Numbered from the stretch's first letter, positions 1 through 11,939 are shown. The stretch: DNA of 64,000 nt from a virus (IMGVR_UViG_2908873634_000001:1-64000), one strand, 5' to 3'. Program-made: numbers and translations. Notes: generated by a model from the letters alone, not told the origin.

Positions 1-203
1 GATCGCGGCGTCGATCTGCAGGGGCCGGGCCGCGTAGTAGTCCGGGCCGGGCCAGGATCCGTCGAGGGATGGCTGGTCGGCGTCGTTGTCGCGGACCGGG
101 GCCGGCCGATGCCGGTGATCTCCCGGATCTGTACCAGGGTGCCCTTGCCGATGACGGTGCCGGCCAGGTCGAGCTGGCCTTCGGTGAGGATCGGGTCAGC
201 CAC
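1..203 (-). CDS. Distal tail (Dit)-like / minor tail protein, 5' part (runs off the window)
   Basis: GTG at 203 overlaps the tape measure stop; MADPILTEGQLDLAGTVIGKG...DQPSLDGSWPGPDYYAARPLQID; position directly after tape measure. Confidence 0.6.
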   Translation of the reverse strand, partial: MADPILTEGQLDLAGTVIGKGTLVQIREITGIGRPRSATTTPTSHPSTDPGPARTTTRPGPCRSTPR

Positions 204-3200
204 GGGTTGCCACTCCCCTCTGCGGGCGCGGCGGGTCTGGCGCTGGAACTCGGAGGCGATCTCCGCTGCGGTGGCGCCGGGCCGGACGGCCGTGATCGAA
301 CATGGAAGGTGTCGCCGGACTCGCGGACGACGATGACTTGCCGGGAGGCGAGGTCGGTGACGCCGACGCCCATGCGGCGTGCGGCTTCGTGCAGGACCGG
401 CAGGGCGCTGGAGCGCTTGTTGCCGCCGAGGGATGTAGGCCTCGCCGCCGGTGGACGGCTCAGCGAAAGTCACGGCGCCGCCGCGGGTGGAGTAGATGCC
501 TTCGCGGATGCCGCCGTCGGCGTACGACAGGCCGCGGTTGGCGCGGGCGAGGTCGGCGAGGAACTTCGTCGCCCGGGATCCGAGGCTCTTCTTGATCTGC
601 CCGGAGGCCTTGTTGGAGATGGTGATGATCTCGTCCTCGCCCAGGCCGGTGGCCGCGGCGACGTCGTGTAGACCTGTCTTGGCCGTCCTTACCGCGGCGA
701 TGACCTGGATGAGGGTGGCCAGCTCGTCCTGGGAGAGCTGCCGGTTACTGGTCTTCGCCGAGGCGTTCGCGGCCGCGGCCCGCCGCTTGTCACGGACCGC
801 TTCTGCGGCCAGCTTCATCGCGGCGTCGTCGCCCTGTCCGGCGAGCATCGACGCCAGGTCTCCGTAGCCCCGCGCGGACAAGGTCGCCAGGTTCTGCTGG
901 AACGCGGCGTTTCCTCTGTTGGCGGTGTTGAGCTGGGCGGTGAGGTCGGCGAGGCTGGCTTTGGCGAGTGGGCCGAGGCGCCGAAGGTTCGCGACGATCT
1001 CGTTGAACTGCCGGTTGCTGGCCTTGGCGAGGGCGGCGACCATCTGCGCGCCCTCTTCGCCCATGTCGCGGAGGATGCCGATGACGTCTGTACCGCCCCG
1101 GCTGGCGATGCGGCGCAGGTTGGTCTCCCAGGCGTTGTTTGCCGCGACCGTGCCCCGCAGCGTCCGGGCCCAGTCGGCCAGGGAGAAGGTCTTGTTGTAG
1201 CGGGCCTGCGCGAGGTAGGCGGCTTCGGTCGCGGTGGCGAGGGACCGGCGGGCGGCGGCGACCTTCCGCTCGGCGGAGCCTTCCTGCGCGCCGGTGTGCT
1301 TGCGGCGGCGCAGCGCGGAGCTTCGCCTCCGCTTCACGGAGCCGGTCGACCGCGTTCGCGCGGGCCCTCAGCTTGGCGTTGTAGTCCTCGCGGGTGATGG
1401 GCTGGTGGGCCTCGTCGTAGCGGGACTGCACGTCGCTGACGGTGCTGCGCAGGCCGGTGGGGCGTAGGAGAAGCCGCCGCCGGCGAAGGCCTGGATGCCG
1501 CCGTCGGCGTACCAGGCGATCGTGTCCGGGTCGCCGCCCAGACGGCGGATGGTCTCCTCGGCGATCGCGCGGGAGCGGGGCCGCTTGGACGGGGCGAGGG
1601 ATGTAGGCCTCGCCGCCGGTCTCGGGCTCGGCCCAGATCCGGTAGGTCGGCATCGGGCGGGAGATCTGGGCGGTGTGCTGCTCGACGCCGCCGCCGGCGA
1701 AGGCCCGTATACGAGGGTTGTAGAGGTTGCCGTCGGCGCTGCGGCCTGCGGTGGAGCCGTAGTAGGTGCCGGCTGCCGGGCCGTTGGGGTTGCCCTTGAT
1801 GACGTAGCTGGTGGTGATGGTGATGGCCCGGTCGCGCAAGGCGTTGATGGCGGCGCCGAGGGAGTTGACGGCTGCTCTCTGGCCACCGGTGGGGACGCTG
1901 ACGGTGACGGTCTTGCCCTTGACGCTCTGGATCTTGAAGCCGAGGGCCTCGAGCTGGCGTCGCCCCTCGGCGGTGGGGACGTTCATGGTGATCGTCTTGC
2001 CCTTGGTGTTCGCGACCTTCGCCTTGAGGGCCTCCAGGTCGGCGACTGCACCTGCGGTGGCGGCGTCCATGTTGATGGTCTTGCCGTTGGTGCTGGCAAG
2101 CTTCTGGGCGAGGAGGTCGAGCTCGCGGCGTGCACCTGCGGTCGGGGCGGTGATCTTGTATTCGCGGGTGCCGGGGATCAGCTCGATCTCGTAGCCGATC
2201 GCTTTCAGCTCGCGCTGTGCTTCCTCGCCCAGGACGTCGACCTTGACGGTCATCTGGTTCGGGTGGAGGCGTACTCGGCCTGAACGGCCTGGATCTCCGC
2301 CAGAGCGGTGTCGACGCCCTTGGTCTGCAGGAGGATGGAAACCTGGCCGGGGATCAGGCCCATGGAGTCGGCCATGTGGCTGCGGCCTTGGACCCGATGT
2401 TGTAGCCGTCGGCGACCTTCAGGGCGGCGTCCCGGCCCTTCTGCATCTCCCGCTGCGCCGCCTGGATGGCGGCCGGGACGCCCTGGTTCTGGGAGATGGC
2501 GAAGTCGTAGGCGGCGACCGCGGCAGAGGCGCTGGCGTCGGCAATGGTGTTGAAGGTATCGAAGAGCTGTTGGCCGTTTCGGGTGGTGGTGCTGATGGCT
2601 CCGTTCAGGCCGATGAGCTCCTCGCCGTAGCCTCGGCCTTGTCGATGCCTGTAGACATCGACTCAGTCGCCCGCAAGACGGCTTCGTTGACGCGGGCCTG
2701 TGCGGCCTGGAGGGAGACCGATCCGCCGGAGAGGAGGTCGAGGGCCTCGCGCAGGGCGCGGGTACGGTGTCGGCGTCGGCCGTCTTGTCCGCGAGCTGCC
2801 CGACGGACCGCTTGAGGAGGTCGTAGGCGGTCGTGTTCTTACCGGCCTTTGCCACACCCTGTGAGAAGAGCTCGGCATCCGTCTGGGCTGCCTTGAACCG
2901 GTCGGACAGGCCGGTGATGCCGGCGCGAAGGTCGTCGGCGGCGCGGCCCGCGACGGTGAGGCCCTCTGCTTCGATGCCGGTCTCGGAGTCGGTGATCAGG
3001 ACCTTCTGGGACTTGGCGGCCGCGTCCAGCTTCCCCTTGAGGTCTTTGAGGGAGGATCCCTGGTTGGTGTAGGCGTCGACGAGCTCCGACATGGGGATCT
3101 TGGCCTGCTTGGCGACGTCGACCAGGCGCTGCTGTCCGTCCAGCGTGGTCTTGATCTTCGTGCTCATCAGGTCTTGCATGGCGAGCTGCCGGACGTTGTC

Positions 3201-5598
3201 GTCGACGATCCCGTTGGACTCACGCAGCGCGGCGGACAGGTTCGCGATCTGAGTCTCGTGCTCGCGGGCGGCGGCTGCGGCTTTCTGCTGGCGGGAGGCG
3301 AGCATGCCCAGGCCGACGGTGGCTGCGGTCAGTGCAAGACCCCAGCCTCCGCCGAGGACGCCCATGAGGCCGCTCATAGAACGTGCCAGGCCAGTACCAG
3401 CGGCGGCGGCGACGCCTCGGAGAGATCCGGCGAAGCCGGTGGCCTGGGCTGAGGCGGTACGGAAGCTGGACGTCATCTGCCCGAGGAAGCCGACACGGGC
3501 CTGGAGGACGGCGAACGCGGCACCGTACCGGCCGAGGGAGGCACCGGAAGCGGCGGCCAGGGAGCGCTGGAGCGCCATCTCTTGATTCAGGGTGCGGTAG
3601 GCGCCGGTGAGGCGTCCGCTGACCTGGCCGGCCAGGTTGGAGGCCATGGGGCCGACGCGGCGCATCAGGAGCATGGCGAGCACGGCGGACTGGACGGGCC
3701 CGGGGAGGGCGCCGAACGCGGAGACCAGGCCGCCGATCATGTGGCCGATGGGGCTGAGGACTCCGGAGAGGGCTTCGATGACAGAGACGGCGTGGTCGAA
3801 GACGTAGATGGCGGTGTCGAGGGCGGCTGATGCGCCGCCGCTGCCGCTGGCGACATCACCCAGGGCGGTGACGATGGGTTCGACGCCTGCGGCAAGGTTT
3901 TCGAGGACGGTCAGGACTGCCTTGCCGGCGGTCATCAGCACGTGGAGTGCGGCGGCGGCCGTGTCCGTGGCTCCGCCCTTGAACGGGGCGAGCATGTCCT
4001 TGACGGAGTCACCGATGCCGCCGAAGCGTTCCCGCAGGTCAGCGGCGATGCCAGGGCCGAAGAGGGTGGCGAAGTCGTTGCCGTACTTGAAGAACTTCGA
4101 TCTTCGGGGTGGCGTCGGCGAGACCGGAGGTGATGGCGCGGGTGAAGTACTCGATGCCGGGGCGGCGCCGTTGTAGATGGACAGGCCGGTCTGCGTCGCC
4201 TGCGTCTTGAGCTGGAGCATGGCGCCGGCGAGGCCCTTGCCCTTGGCGGCGGCGATGTCGGAGGCGGCACCGGTGCGGGAGACGGCCTGGATGAGGGCGT
4301 CGTAGGAGTCGGTGCCCTGGTGCGCGAGGGCAATGGCCCCGCTCATGGCGGGCTTGCCGAAAGCTTTCGCGACGGCAGCCGTGAAGTCCTTCTGAGACAG
4401 TGGTGTTCGGCTTCGCCGAGCTTCTCCACGATGTACCGGAGACCCTTGAACTTGCCCTGGGTCGTCCATGCCTCGATGCCGAGGCCGGCCAGGCCCTCGC
4501 GCATGAGCTTGGTGGGCTTGGCGAGGTTGGTGAAGATGCCTCGGAGGGTGGTTCCTGCGGTCTGGCCGAGGATGCCGGCCTTGCCGAGCATGCCGACGCC
4601 GGTGGCGGCTTCCTGCATGGAGACGCCGAGGCCGTGGGCGACCGGCCCGGCGTACTTCATGGAGTAGTAGATGTCGATGATGTCGCCGGAGGCCGCGTTC
4701 GCGGTGGCGGCCAGGGTGTCGGCGGCAACGCCTGCCTTGTCGGCACCCATGCCGAATTGGTCCATCATGTCGCCGAGGTACTTCGCGCTGTCGGCGGCGT
4801 TGACCTGGGCGGCGGAGGCCAGGGTGAGGGACGCGCGGGTTGCGTTGATGGCCTGGTCGGTGCGGAAGCCGGCCTTCGCGAGTTCGACCATGGATTCGGC
4901 GGCGTCAGTGGCAGTGGCGCCCGGGAGGACAGGTCGTTGCCGAGCTGGGCAGCGGTCGCGGCCGCGCGCTGCATCTGCATCGCGGTGCCGGAGGTCACGG
5001 CACCGAACGTGTTCATGGCCTGCTGGTATTCGTTGCCGTGCTTGATCAGCTCGGCGCCGCCCATGACGAGCGCGCCGCCGGACAGCAGCGCAGCCGTGCT
5101 CTTGAGGTGGTCGCGGAGCCGGCCGGTCTCGTTGGCGTAGCGGCGCATGGAGGCCGCGCCGCGGGCGCCGACTCGGTCGGTCTGCTGTGCGGCGCGCTGG
5201 GCTGCGGCTGCGAGCCGGTTGAGGTCGCGGACGGCGGAGTCGATCTGCCCGGACATGCGGGCCAGGTCCCGGCCGGCGGAGCGGGAGTTCGAACCGAGGG
5301 CGTTGAGGTGCCGGTTGGAGTTGCGGGCGGCGTCGCCGTACCGGCCGAGACGGACACCGGCGCGCTGTGCGTCGTTGCCGAGGCGGGCGACATCGCGGGC
5401 TGCGGTGCGGGCGGCGTTGCCGAAGCTGCGCACGTGCCGGGCAGCGGCGTTCGCGTCGCGGCCGAGACCGACGACGTGGGTGCGGGCCTGCCGGGTCTCG
5501 GTGCCGAGGGTGCGGGCGTGGGTGGCCGACTGGCGCAGCTCCCGGGCCAGACTCGTGCCCGTAGCGCGCAGGTCGACCGACAGGTTCCAGTTCGCCAC
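196..5598 (-). CDS. Tape measure protein (TP901-like core), several apparent frameshifts
   Basis: ~5.4 kb Ala-rich ORF pieces 4765-5598, 4343-4920, 2250-4469, 790-2253; motif ATDAAESMVELAKAGF...SMKYAGPVAHGLG...QTAGTTLRGIF; C-terminal WAEPETGGEAYIP; follows the chaperone genes. Confidence 0.9.
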
Positions 5599-5619
5599 CG
5601 GCCCGCACCTTCCTCTCGT

Positions 5620-6034
5620 CTACTCCGTGCTGCGGGCTTCCCGGCGGGCCGCCCACTGTTCTTCCTTCCAGGTCGCGTTCGATCTCGAGCGCCGCGTGCA
5701 CGGCGGCAGGAATGAGCGCGATCTTCTTGCCGTGCAGGTCGGCCCCATCTTCTGGAGTTCGTCCTGTTTCTCGCCGATGACCTGGCAGCCGATACAGCGC
5801 TGGACGGTGACCTCGTAGGCGTCCTCGGCGTCGTCGGAGCCGCCGTGGTCCCAGTCCTCGTGGCGGGTGCCGCAGCCGGGGCAGACAGTGCGCTGGTACT
5901 CCCTGTAGGCCAGGGCTTTTTCCCGGTCGCGTTCTGTCCAGCGACCGTCCCCTGCGCCTCGGAAGAGGCTGTGGGGATGCCCCAGCGGTCGCACAGCTCG
6001 AGCTCGGCACGGAACCGTTCATCCGCGATCAGTC
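5620..6034 (-). CDS. Tail assembly chaperone, frameshift extension (GT-like)
   Basis: -1 frame after GGGAAAA reads KRLIADERFRAELELCDRWGIPHSLF...WTERDREKALAY...CPGCG; lies between chaperone and tape measure. Confidence 0.75.
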
Positions 6035-6546
6035 TTTTCCCACGTCCGCGCGGACGGACTGCTGTACGTTCCAGGCGGTGTCGAACAGGGTGATCGATTC
6101 ACCCTCGCCCCAGGTGTCGAGGAACGTGCGGGCGTCGTCGACAGTGAGGCCGTCGAGGACGCGGCGGCAATCAGTTCGGGGGCGAGGGTTTCGAAGTTCA
6201 GGGCGGTGCCTTCCTCGGCCTGGGCTTCGGTCGGCGGGTGCTTCTTCTTCAGTTCCTCGAACGCCGGACGAGGCAAGGCCTCGAAGCGCAGGATGATCGC
6301 GGCGGCATCGAATGCCTCCTGCGCTATCTGCACGTTCTGCTCGGCTGCGGCCACCGCCGCGGTCAGATTGGGGTTCTTCGGGTCGTCAGTGGCGGCTGAC
6401 TTGGCCTTACGCAGTTCGAACCGTGCGATGTCGAGATCGGTCTTGACCTGGAGGTCGTCGCAGATCGTCATCTTCAGCGTGGGGCGCTGGCGGGCGAGGA
6501 GTCGCTCGCGGGCGGTCATCTGCGGCGGGGTGGTCTTGGTGGGCAT
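6029..6546 (-). CDS. Tail assembly chaperone (G-like)
   Basis: MPTKTTPPQMTARERLLAR...; corrected end ...FLDTWGEGESITLFDTAWNVQQSVRADVGKD*; follows major tail gene. Confidence 0.8.
6035..6041 (-). other. Programmed -1 ribosomal frameshift slippery site G-GGA-AAA
   Basis: Minus strand GTG GGA AAA GAC TGA; XXXYYYZ heptamer just before the chaperone stop, with an open -1 frame after it. Confidence 0.8.
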
Positions 6547-6702
6547 GTGGGTTCTCCGTCAGGGGAAGGGCTCGGCCGGGCGCCAAGGCGCCCCTTCCCG
6601 AACGCGTCGGGGCCGGCCGGGGCCGAGGGTGATACGGCGGATCCGGCTACATGTGTGCGGGTAGCTGGTGGATCGGTGCCGCGGGGGTGGCGGGGTGGTG
6701 GA

Positions 6703-7491
6703 TCAGCCGCCGGGCGTGGTGGTGGTGACCGCGACGGCCGGGCTGGTGCCGCCGGTGAGGGAGGAGGTCGCGGTCATCTGTACGACGTTGGTGCCGTCGT
6801 ACTGGCCGCCGAAAGTCACGGTGACCGGGGTGGTCGGCAGTGCGCCGCCGGCGCAGACGACGTCGCCCGGGTTGATGTTGGACAGCGCTTCCAGGGCGGA
6901 CTGCACGGCGGACGCGGCGGCGTTGTAGGCGATGCCGCTGGTGGTCTGGCCGGAGAAGGTCAGCGTGAAGGTGCCGCCGGTGGGGCCGCCGGTGATGGTG
7001 ACGGTCTGGACCTCGTCGGCGCCGGCCACCGGGACCGCGACGTCGAGCGCCGGGGTGTCGGTGATGACAAACTTCGCCATCCACTTCGCGGACTCGTTGT
7101 CGACGGTGATCGTCGACGACTTGGAGGCGACGGTGACGGGGTAGACGTCCATCGAGTTGGAGCCGGGTACGTCGCCCTTGCGGAGGATGATGATGTAGCC
7201 GGAGGTGCCCTTGGCGAGCGCGGCCTCGAGGACGCTGTCGGTGTCGTCCTCGTAGAACGTCAGCGTTGAGTCGCTCGCCTGGTCCTCGCCCTGGATCTTC
7301 GAGGTGAACGTGCTCTCGAGGTCCGGGGTGTCGATGGTCTGATTCTCGAGCGTGAACCCGTCGACGGCGGCGATGGCCTTGGTCAGCTTGGTGGCGCTGC
7401 TGAGCTCGGCGCGGGTGGGGATGTAGGCGGTGGACGCGATCGTCGGCGCGAAGAGGATCTTCGTGCGGCCGCGACGAGAAAACCTGGGCAT
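6703..7491 (-). CDS. Major tail (tube) protein with C-terminal beta-rich accessory domain
   Basis: MPRFSRRGRTKILFAPTIAS...IDTPDLESTFTSKIQG...; C-terminal EVQTVTITGGPTGGTFTLTF domain; synteny. Confidence 0.85.
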   Translation of the reverse strand: MPRFSRRGRTKILFAPTIASTAYIPTRAELSSATKLTKAIAAVDGFTLENQTIDTPDLESTFTSKIQGEDQASDSTLTFYEDDTDSVLEAALAKGTSGYIIILRKGDVPGSNSMDVYPVTVASKSSTITVDNESAKWMAKFVITDTPALDVAVPVAGADEVQTVTITGGPTGGTFTLTFSGQTTSGIAYNAAASAVQSALEALSNINPGDVVCAGGALPTTPVTVTFGGQYDGTNVVQMTATSSLTGGTSPAVAVTTTTPGG

Positions 7492-7527
7492 TCGGGGACC
7501 CCTTGCAGCGTGGCTGTGGTTGGCGGC

Positions 7528-7556
7528 CACCTGCGTGGTGGCGTCCGCGTGGGGTC
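7528..7556 (-). promoter_or_regulatory. 29-bp leader motif upstream of major tail gene (copy 1)
   Basis: cacctgcgtggtggcgtccgcgtggggtc; 27/29 identical to 13788-13816. Confidence 0.6.
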
Positions 7557-7592
7557 CCGCCGCGGTGCGGTGTGGTGCAGTGCCTGAATGGG

Positions 7593-8041
7593 TCAGGCCG
7601 GCGTCAAGGTGACCTTGAAGCGCTGTACGTAACTCATGATGGCATCGCCTGGATCATTCGTTCCCCTGGTTCGGTGTCGAGTGCCCGGGACACCACGGTG
7701 GCGCCGTCCACATTGATGGGCCATGCCCAGGTGCCGTTGGCGGGGTTGCGGGCGAGGAAGGCGGCGCGGGCCTTGTCGGCCATCCACTCGACCTGCTCGG
7801 CGCTGCCGGCGCTGCCGGGCTTGGCCGGGTCGGGGAGGGACACGGACGTGATCTGGAAGGTGACGGCGAGGTCTTCGTTCTCGTCGGCGAGTGGCGGGCC
7901 GGATACGGCGCCGTCGAGGGCGTAGAGGACGTAGTAGTGCCGGCTGGTGGTCGTAGGGGCGCGGCCGCGGCCGACCGGGAGGCCGGTGGCCGTGGTGAGC
8001 ATGGTCAGGGTGGCGTTGGTGACGAGGCGGCGTTCGATCAT
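7593..8041 (-). CDS. Tail terminator/completion protein
   Basis: MIERRLVTNATLTML...FQITSV...EQVEWMADKARAAFL; directly upstream of major tail; frameshift near the 3' end. Confidence 0.65.
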
Positions 8042-8432
8042 GAGAGGGCCTCCGCGACGGCGAGGCGCATCTGGGCGTGGAGGGTGCCGCTGATGAAGTC
8101 GATCGCCGGTCCGACGTGGGCAAATGGTGGTTGGTTATAGCTGCGCCCAAGGCTGTCGGTCCCTACGAACCCGAACTCAGACGCCGGCCCTGGGGCCGGT
8201 CGGTGCCAAGGGTGCACATGGCGCCGTAGGGGATGCGGTGAGGGACGGGCTTCCAGGAGCCGCGGTAGTCGCCGGTGATGACGTTCGGTCCGGGTCGGCC
8301 AGAGGCATTGCCTCGGATGCGGGCGACGCCGACCATGCCTGTGTGGGCGACGCCCTTGTAGATGGCGTGCGGCAGCTGGTCGGCGGCGCGTTCCAGGCGG
8401 GCGGCGAGTTCATCGGCGGTCACGGTGGTCAC
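8038..8432 (-). CDS. HK97 gp10-like neck/tail completion protein
   Basis: NASGRPGPNVITGDYRGSW...GTDRPQGRRLEFG...QPPFAHVGPA-like motifs; synteny. Confidence 0.7.
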
Positions 8433-8887
8433 GGCGTGCTCCCGGCCCGGTTCTGATCAAGCGGCGTCGATTTGACGGCTTGGACGGTGGAGGCGGCGGT
8501 GACGTCGGTGCATGTCCAGGACCGGCCGATCAGCCCGGTGCGGGTCGGGTTGTGGACGGCGATGACGGTGACCTGCGCGTCCTTGGGCAGGTCGGGTGCG
8601 TCGAGGGGTGTGAGGAGCCGGTATCGGGACTTCGTTTCGGGGCGCCAGGGCAGGTTGGTGTCGGCTATGGCGACGAGGTCACCCTGCGCGGTCGCGGGCA
8701 GGACGGCGCCCGGGCCGGCGTAGAGGACGGTGTCGCTCGGGTACTCGACCTGCCCGGTGTCCGGGTTGAAGACGGGCTCGCCGGTGCCGGGGAGGGCGAC
8801 GCGGATGGTGTCGACGAGGAGATTCCCCTCGATCCAGCGGACGGCACCGGCGAGGGCGTTGTCGAGACCGGGGCCGGGGATGGTCAT
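8429..8887 (-). CDS. Head-closure/stopper protein (DUF6093-like)
   Basis: 152 aa; GEPVFNPDTGQVEYP..VLYAGPGAV; position between head and tail genes. Confidence 0.6.
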   Translation of the reverse strand: MTIPGPGLDNALAGAVRWIEGNLLVDTIRVALPGTGEPVFNPDTGQVEYPSDTVLYAGPGAVLPATAQGDLVAIADTNLPWRPETKSRYRLLTPLDAPDLPKDAQVTVIAVHNPTRTGLIGRSWTCTDVTAASTVQAVKSTPLDQNRAGSTP

Positions 8888-9264
8888 GTGCGGCCCTCAG
8901 CCCAGTCGATGAGCTGCGCCAGCATCGCCTTCGTGAGCTCGTTCGGGGAGCCGTCGAGGTCGTCGCGGTCCAGGGCGGCCTGGTCGAGCGCGGCAGGGTT
9001 GATGGCGCGCAGGAAATCGGTGATGAGCGGGCCCGGGTCGACCTGTTCGACGACGGCAACGCGGGCGAGGCCCTGCCACTGCACGTGTCCGGGCTGCCGG
9101 GTGTGGAGCAGGAGAGTGGGGAGCGCGTTGGTGATGCTGTGCTCGAGGACGTAGCCGGTGATCTGCTCCTCAGGCAGCGGGGCGTTGTCGAGGCAGATCT
9201 TGGCGTGCCCGGGCTGGGCATCGATCCGGACGCTGTGCACGGTCGGCTCGGCAGGGGTGCTCAT
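8884..9264 (-). CDS. Hypothetical phage protein
   Basis: 126-aa ORF with overlapping start/stop codons, inside the operon. Confidence 0.6.
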   Translation of the reverse strand: MSTPAEPTVHSVRIDAQPGHAKICLDNAPLPEEQITGYVLEHSITNALPTLLLHTRQPGHVQWQGLARVAVVEQVDPGPLITDFLRAINPAALDQAALDRDDLDGSPNELTKAMLAQLIDWAEGRT

Positions 9265-9650
9265 GCTGTGTCCTGGGGGTCAGGGCCCAGTTCGACCCTC
9301 AGAGGAACGGTGCGCTGGATCACCATGGCCTCGTTCTTGCTGCAGGGGTCAACGTACCGACGGCCTGCTTCATTACGGCGGAACTCGCTGAAGCAGATGA
9401 CCTGATCTTGCTTTTCTCCCTGGTAGATGCGTCCTTCAACAGTGATTGGGCGCCGGATAGACACCTGCATGGTGTCGACGCCGTTGTCCAGCAACCAGTC
9501 GCGCACCCGGATCCGCTGTTCCTCGCTGAGGGGCTCGTCTCCACTGACGACGGTCGTGACGAACTGATCGACAGGGTTCGGCACCAGGGCAGGCCTCGGG
9601 GTTTCCTCCGGCAGGATCTGGTACTCGCCCAGGCTGACGTGGTTGCTCAT
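9261..9650 (-). CDS. Hypothetical phage protein (paralog of 50069-50326)
   Basis: 129-aa ORF; RVRDWLLDNGVD resembles [11 protein letters not shown]. Confidence 0.6.
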   Translation of the reverse strand: MSNHVSLGEYQILPEETPRPALVPNPVDQFVTTVVSGDEPLSEEQRIRVRDWLLDNGVDTMQVSIRRPITVEGRIYQGEKQDQVICFSEFRRNEAGRRYVDPCSKNEAMVIQRTVPLRVELGPDPQDTA

Positions 9651-9996
9651 TCGTTGCCTCCCAGGGGAGAGCCGCGTCCTCGACTCGAAGCAGGTGCTGG
9701 ATCAGGTAGTACTCAGCGCGATGGCCGCGCGTGCGCTCGGTGTCAGCATCGGCAGCGGGAGGATCGAAGCTAGCGCCTAGGAGACGCTCGGGCAGCGTGA
9801 GCCAGGCGTAGTAGTCGTCGAAGGTGGGCGACTCGAGAGCCTTACGGACCTTGGCGATGGTGGCCTGGCGGGCCCCTTCGGTGGAGTCCTCCCAGCTCGG
9901 GTAGCCGTCGGTGTTGCCGTTCTGTATCTGAAGGAAGGCGAGCAGTGTGCCTTCGTGGAGCGCGCGTGCCGCAACCTCGGTGGCTTCCTTTGACAT
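9647..9996 (-). CDS. Hypothetical protein (possibly fused to the upstream ORF)
   Basis: MSKEATEVAARALHEG...; stop overlaps next start if one frameshift is corrected. Confidence 0.5.
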
Positions 9997-10294
9997 GGCA
10001 GGACGGGGCTTCTGCTCGTTGCGTGCTTCAACCGGGTTGTAGGTGTTGGCGAAGATGCCCGGCTTGCAGGGGTAAAGGTGCCGGGCTTCCCGTCCGAATG
10101 ACCCAGTCACCGGCGCGAGCGGGTGCTTCGTCCCCGTGGACGGTGGTGAGGATCAGGTGGTCCGGGTTCTTCTCCGTCGGTCCGTAGATCCCGGCAGTGC
10201 CGAAGGCGTCCCAGATCTCCTGGACGTTACTGCCTGTGAACTGGATGGCTTCGATCTCGACGGGCTTCTTGCGGTACTTCTGGGGGCGGTTCAT
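9997..10294 (-). CDS. Conserved phage protein of the KYRKKPVEIEAIQF family
   Basis: MNRPQKYRKKPVEIEAIQFTG...GDWVI...YPCKPGIFANTY. Confidence 0.7.
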
Positions 10295-11137
10295 GCGAAG
10301 GCTCCGGGTTCGATGTCGGTGCGGCCGTTGAGGTCGGGACGTGGGGTCCAGGTCCGGATGCAGCCGAAGTGGGCGACAGGGTAGGTCTCGGCGTCTTCGG
10401 CGGAGCGGATGGTGTTGTGGGCCTTGTCGATGTCGCCGTGCTGGGTAAAGCCGCAGTCGCGTCCGTCTGTGCACTGGAACCACTCGGCTTCGAGGTCGTA
10501 CCGGCCGAAGCTCAGCGCCGCGGTGTTGCGGGTGGTGATGGCCTGGGCGCCGAGGGCGGCACGGGCCCAGGAGTCGGCAGGGTGGCGGGTCTGGTCGCGG
10601 TAGACGACGGTGTCGAGGCCGTGAGCGGTCAGGAGCGGCTGGCGCTGGACGCCGGACTTGGTGCGGGCCTGGGCGCGGGCGGCGCGGAGGAAGGCTTGGG
10701 CGCGGCGGACGGTCTGCTCGATGCGGGCGATGAGGTCGCTGTAGTACTGCGCGGACAGCGTGGTGATCGCGCCTCTGTGGCGGTCGGTCCAGTCGAAGGC
10801 GCGGGCATCGATGCCGGCAGCGCGGATCGCGCGCAGGAGGGCGCTGTGGGCGCCGGTCCGGTAGATGAGGGCAGGTCCTGTATGGACTAGCGCTCGACGA
10901 CGACACGGGCAGTCCGGTCGAAGACCGCGATCTGCTGGAGGAAGTCGTCGAGGGTGAGGCGGATCTGGCGGGTGCGGTCGATGGCGGGGAGGCGCCGGTG
11001 AGCGCGGAGGGTCTGGATGGTGGCGAGCTGCGCTTGGTAGAGGGTGTCCCAGGCTGCGGCCAGTTCGAGGATCGCCGCGGCGACGAGGGCGTCGGTGGTG
11101 GTGGGGCGGTCGGTGGCCGGCTGGGTGGGGTGGTCAT
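10291..11137 (-). CDS. Minor capsid / MuF-like head morphogenesis protein
   Basis: Reconstructed C-terminus ...CTDGRDCG...YPVAHFGCIRTW resembles the MuF HPxCxR motif; frameshifted. Confidence 0.55.
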
Positions 11138-11474
11138 CGGCGGGGCCGCGGGATGAGCTGGATGGTGCCGTACCCGTCGGGGATGCCGGTGTCGGGCGGG
11201 ACGGGTGCGGGGTCGTCAGGCGCGAGGGGCTGGCCGCTCGAGCTGGGCGATCTGCCGTTCGAGGGCCTTGATGTTATCGCTGTAGGAGGGAGACGACGCC
11301 GGTGACGGCGAGGGTGGAGGGCTGGTCGCTGATGAGGGCGGCGAGGCGCTCGCGGAGGATCTCGATGGCGACGGCGCGTGCGGTGCGGAGGCGTGCGTAG
11401 CGGAGGTCGAGGTTGGCTTGGTCGGTGGTGGTGCCGAGGTGCGAGGTGAGCCAGGCGCGTACGGCGGCGTCCAT
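11134..11474 (-). CDS. Head-tail adaptor-like protein
   Basis: MDAAVRAWLTSHLG...LRYARLRTARAVAIEILRERLAAL; position after capsid genes. Confidence 0.55.
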
Positions 11475-11595
11475 GTGGCTCTCCGGTGGTGTGTGGGTGC
11501 TGGGAAGGGGGTGCGGGTACGGGCCCGGCCCGTGGCGCCCCACCAGGGGCTGGGCCCGTACGCCGCGGTGACCGCCGTGCCCTCGGGGCGGTCGG

Positions 11596-11939
11596 TTACT
11601 GGGAGGACGACTGGCGGCGGCTGGTCGTCTTCTTGGCCGTGGCCCGCGGGGCGGGCTTGTCGTCCGGGTCGTCGCCGGGGTCAGCGGCGTCGGGGCCGGG
11701 GTCCGATCCGTTGCCAGAGGCGTCGTCCGGGTCGTCGCCGGAAGCGTTGTCGTCTTCCGGGTCCTTCTCGGTCTCGGCCTTGTTCGTTCGCAGGCGCGGG
11801 AGCTTGCCGTCGACCCAGGCGGCCGGGTTCGTCACCAGGGCTGCCAGGCGCGGCTCCGGGAGTGTCCCGGGGCGAGCTCGATGGTTTGGTTGGTGTCCGG
11901 GTCCTTCACGAACACGGTGCTCTTCAGTTGGGCGGCCAT
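11596..11939 (-). CDS. Small capsid-associated protein with acidic tail
   Basis: MAAQLKSTVFVKDP...LVTNPAAW...; directly after major capsid; followed by a GC hairpin near 11513-11567. Confidence 0.6.
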
